Origin: Thalia democratica
Lineage: Eukaryota
DNA length: 64,000 nucleotides
NCBI GenBank assembly: GCA_965202585.1
Contig: OZ241826.1
Span: forward strand, 82,522,001 to 82,586,000
Reading direction: 5' to 3'
Every line of letters starts with the position of its first letter. Position 1 is the first letter of the stretch. Below are positions 59,401 to 64,000 of this stretch, in pieces. The notes under the pieces are model-generated. The model searched no databases, was not told the origin of the DNA, and saw only the letters and a list, made by a program, of their open reading frames with translations. A program made the position numbers and the translations under genes.

Positions 59401-59832
59401 GATATGTACTTATTAAATAGAATAGATTAGTAGTTATAATCAAATAATCTATCTTAATTTTTCTATAATTAGATTAATGACCGTAATTTGATACTACTTT
59501 AGGTCACTAACACGACAATTTTTAAGTGCATGTCAACAAATAAAAAAGTGTTAAAAACAAATATGCTTCAATAATACTTTAATTAGATTAACACTAGTAT
59601 TATCAAGAAATAAAGCAATGAGAATTTGTCCACCAAAACCTACCGCGCAAATGAGCTTAGTTTTTAAACTGTTTAAGTGAAATTAAGTAATTCAAGTTTT
59701 ACTAAAAAAAAAGTAACTTCAAGTATCGGTAAACGTAATATTAAAATCAAAAACTTATAATTTTAAAAATTTCAAGTAAAAAAGATAGTACATAGTTTTA
59801 TTAGTCAATTGTTTGAGTTTTATTCACTAAAT

Positions 59833-60176
59833 CAGGGCTGAGTGCGGTTCGTGGGCCTAATGCGGCCCTTAAAGTCAAAATTCTCGGCCCGTGAGCTCAT
59901 TTACAGCAAAAATTTTCATATTTAAAACAACAAAAATTAAATATATTGTAATAACAACTCACAGTTAGGCTCTTAACTCAATAAATACTCTATACTAGTG
60001 CTCTACTATTGCTTAACTTGACATATTTTGGTCTAAAATAATATTTAGCTACTGATTACTAAAACATCATTTTAATAAATGCGGCCCTCGAAGATTTTTT
60101 TCTAAATTATTAGGCCTGCGATTAAATTTTACCAAGAAAACAGGCCCCGCGAGCTACAACAGGCTGACGACACCTG
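59833..60176 (-). mobile_element. hAT/Charlie-like MITE (opposite orientation to 4713-5060)
   Basis: CAGGGCTG...CACCTG ends; AATGCGGCCCT.AAAGTCAAAA..CGGCCCG.GAGCTC matches the reverse complement of 4985-5040; flanks CACTAAAT / GGCTAAAT (degenerate 8-bp TSD). Confidence 0.75.
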
Positions 60177-61261
60177 GGCTAAATAAATATTATTAGAAAA
60201 TTTATCAAATTAAGGTTATTTCTTAATGTAAGAAATAAGTTTTTCCTTTATCAAAACTAAGTGTTATCTTCTTTGATCTAATAAATATTTATAATTTGGT
60301 TTGAATTTGATACATACTTTATTCTGTTAAATAGTATCTCAAAAATTTTTATTTATTTTATTTTTTTCATAATTATACAAATGACCATGTTGTTATTAGT
60401 TTATATATAGACTGTTTCAAGTAATATTCATTTCTTTTGTTTGAATTAAAGTACTTTAGCAGGTGGCTAGTAAAACATTATGTATTATCAACTTTAAAAT
60501 AAATATGTGCTTGAGCTTGAGTGTTAAATTAAGGTTTTCAAGTTTAACAAATTTCTTTACTAAAGATTTTTTGTATAACTTATAAAAATGTACTCAACTA
60601 TAAACAAATAAGCAGTTTAGGATAAAAACTATTAACTAACTTTTTGATAAAAGTTTTCATAGGAATTTCGTATTAATGATTTGTTTTCTTTTTTACATGA
60701 AACTGAACTTCCTTCACATCTTGATTGAGATTCTTCATTATCTGATAAAAAAAACACATTAAGGTAAATAAATTCTAGAATTCTTTGTTTTGTTACAAGA
60801 CAGTTTTATTTGTGCATTTAGTTAGTACAATGTGATTTTGTCAAGTTATAATATGTTTTAGCTAGCTTTAAACATATTTCAAATGTAAAACTCTTTTTAA
60901 TATTTGGGTTAATTATACATAATTTTTTAAAAAAGGTCAAACTTCAAGTAAGATTTACTGTAGAAGGCTGTAAAATTACTACTTAATATGGTTTATTTAT
61001 TAAAAACCACAGCTATAAACGCTATCAAAAACTTAGGTCTTCATATAATAGTAAATTTGTTTAAGAAACCTTTAAACCTAAAAAAAAATTCTAACTTTTT
61101 TTTTACTTTTATAGCTCTATAAAAACTGATCAGGTTAATTTTCAAAATCAATTTTTTTGAAGTACTACTGTGACAAGTTATTTATATAACAGAACGTATT
61201 GAGAAAACTAATCGTACGATGACATATTTCACATACTTGAAACTGTTTGATAACAAATTTT

Positions 61262-61550
61262 CTTTAAGAAGGACGAAAAAATATCTATAATCCCTCTAAG
61301 AACTTTTATATTAAATACATTTGTATTGTATTGAATAAATTTTGTAATAGTTAAACTAAATTTTTTAAACTCTAACAAAATCAGCAAAAAATCTCTCAAT
61401 TCATTACGTCTAATGTTTCAGTTTTATTAAAAAATAAAACTTGATTTAAAAAAATATATAAATTAGAAAAAAATCTTAAACTAAAACTAGAATTGTAAAT
61501 AATGTAAAAACAAACAAAACAAAGTTTGTTTTAACTTAAATAAAGATTTT
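61262..61550 (+). repeat. Diverged AT-rich interspersed repeat (copies also ~62900-63175, ~58700-58860, ~43980-44140)
   Basis: Shared AAGAAG..G.AA.ATATCTATAATCCCTCTA..AACTTTT..ATACATTTGTATTG..TTTTTTAAACTCTAACA..CAGCAAA blocks. Confidence 0.6.
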
Positions 61551-64000
61551 TAAATAAATTAGCTTTTTTATATAAAATGTTATATAACTGACTCAATTAC
61601 TTAATTTCACTAAAAATATTTTTGATCAAAATAAAGCCTAACTTTAAAAATAGAAATTAAAATAGTTAACAAACTAAATATTCATTTTGCTGTTTTGGAA
61701 ATAAAATAAAAACTCAACATTAAGTTACTTAAATATTAAAATGTTATAAACAGTTTTTTTTCTTATGTATAGCTTAATATATATATTTTTCATTATAAAA
61801 AAACTAAATTTAAACAAAAAATAGGTATAATAGTAATTATACAAACAATATTTGCTCTAAAATATATTCAAAACATAAAATTATTAGCTAAACACTTTCC
61901 AATTCTGTGTGTGATTGTTTATATAAAGAAATACAATATATTTTTTATTTTAATTTTAATTACTATATCTAGTTTTTTTGGTTTAATATATTACTTATTA
62001 AACTATTTTTGAGGTAAAAATTGTCCTATATGTTTAGTTTTAATTCAGTTTAAATATTAGAAAGAAAATCAGTCAATTAATTTTAATAGTAGATTTATAT
62101 AATTTGAACAACTAGATCAAAAGTATAAGATTTAGTTAAAAAAAGTTTAAATAAATTATATATACAAAATAACAAACCTTACAACGGAGATAGTTTATTT
62201 TCACTCAGAAGTGCAAAACACCAACCTAAATATTTATATTGACAATTCAAAATTTAACTTTATATGTCTTAAAAACTAAAAGATAACTCTTACGATGATA
62301 TAGTAATCAATACTTGCCATTTAATTACTAAAACTAGAATTGAAAATTGCTTCTTTATGAAAACAAACTAATTAGAAATCTTCAAATCGCTGTACACAAA
62401 ATAATTTTTTATATTAGGTTTTACTAAGTAAATATAGTTTCGTTTAGTTGTATTTGTTAAAGACAATATTTTGATTTTATTAAATACATATGACAAAAAC
62501 TTTAACAAAATAAAATAATTACACATGAACATTTTAGATCTACAAAAAATAAAATCTTTAAAAAAAAAGACGCTGTTAATAAATGCAGTTAGTATAAGTA
62601 AAAACGCTTACTATAAATATATTTGACTTTTTGGTTACTTCAATTGTCTTAAACCTTTCAGTATAAACTTTTTTGAGACATTACTAATTTTCGTTTACTA
62701 AAATCAATTCAATAAGTGTTTAGTTAGCTAAAAGGTTTTTAAAACTCCTGAAAAAATAATAATATAAATATATTTGACGAGTAAATTTAACTCTTTTAAT
62801 AAAAGCTTATAATCTTGTAACCCGATATATAACTAAACTATTTAGCTTTATAAAGAAGGCTTACAGTTTATTGTTCTCATTAACTAATTAGATTTAAGTT
62901 AAAGAAGTCAGAAATATCTATAATCCCTCTATCAACTTTTTTATGACATACATTTGTATTGCACAAATGTCGTAATAGCTAATTTTAGTTTTTTAAACTC
63001 TAACATGAACAGCAAAGTATAATTTATAATATTTAAAGTTTAACGTTTAGGATTAATTTAAAGATTTAACTTTCTTTCTATACAACCTATAATAAATTTT
63101 AATTCTAAAAATAAAACAAGAAATATGTTTTTCGTAAGAATAAGCAAAAGTTAAGTTTGTTCTAACCTAAATAAACATTTTATTACAGTTAAAAATTGGT
63201 CCATTTGCACGATTTTACAAAAAAAGTGATAAAACTTAAAAATAACCATTAAAAAAAATTAAAAGTTAATAAACTAAGTTTTCACTTAGCTGTTTTCGGG
63301 AATCAAGAAAAAAAAAAACCTAAAACTAAGCAAGTTATATAGTAAAATGTTGTTAAAAGTTTTTATTCTTCCGTTAGATCACTTTAGGCTGCTTAAAATT
63401 TGTTAAAGAAAGCAGGAATAATTTTAAATTTACTCTAGATATTACTGAAAGTTTTGAAACTTACACTACATAATACCATAATAATTCTAAAATTTGAGAG
63501 TTGTGTACGATTCATTAGGCTTATGAATCCGGTAGCTAAATAGTAATAAACTTTATCAACTTTAATTTTTCTGAACCAATTATCCTAAAATTATATACAT
63601 GCGTTATAGCTACAAAATTTTATACAACCTTGATTATTTGTTTTTTCTGAGAGTCACATCAACAACAAAATTTTGTTTAAAATATCAAGTTTAAGATTTA
63701 TTTAAGACAAAATATTTTTAGCTTAACTTTTTTCAATTCTTTTTATGATTGGATATACCTAATATTTATACAAATAAATTATTATCCTGTTATTTTTAGT
63801 ATATTTACTATATAACTTTTTTTCTGTTTAATTTATAACTTAATTTAATATTTTAGAGGTAAAGAAGTTCGTATATGTGTAAGGTTTAATTCAGAATAAC
63901 TATTAATTAAATTAGAGTTTATTTTATTTGAATAGTAGCTTAAATAACTTTATTTAAAGTTTAATAATAGTTTTTCTAAACTAGACAACTAGATAAAGTA

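Overview
Very AT-rich eukaryotic genomic DNA (roughly 20-25% GC by eye) with GT-AG introns, most likely an invertebrate animal; the organism cannot be named from sequence. No bacterial-type features, rRNA or CRISPR. Most short ORFs in the supplied track are spurious or are parts of spliced exons. By splicing exons manually I recover: (1) an intronless 291-aa ORF with CSRNP_N-like motifs (3158-4033, -); (2) a 9-exon protein kinase with an eIF2-alpha-kinase-like domain, a non-RD HGD catalytic loop and a Gly/Asn/Glu-rich N-terminal segment (18194-25149, -); (3) directly upstream on the same strand, a signal peptide + C-type-lectin-like domain + TM gene whose exons can be spliced in frame onto the kinase, giving a candidate lectin-receptor/eIF2-alpha-like kinase (the main hypothesis, unproven); (4) a divergently oriented second CTLD-TM gene and an inverted pseudogenised partial copy of it; (5) an intron-containing RBBP6-like pseudogene; (6) a Kelch-repeat gene broken by one in-frame TAA; (7) a 3-exon tandem SANT/Myb-like gene. 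The rest is a mosaic of non-autonomous DNA transposons (hAT/Charlie-like with 8-bp TSDs, pogo/Tc1-like with TA TSD, a long-TIR foldback element), a tRNA-Thr-like relic, and three degenerate copies of a minimal type I hammerhead ribozyme motif of the Penelope-like-element kind. All family assignments come from motif recognition by eye, not database searches.
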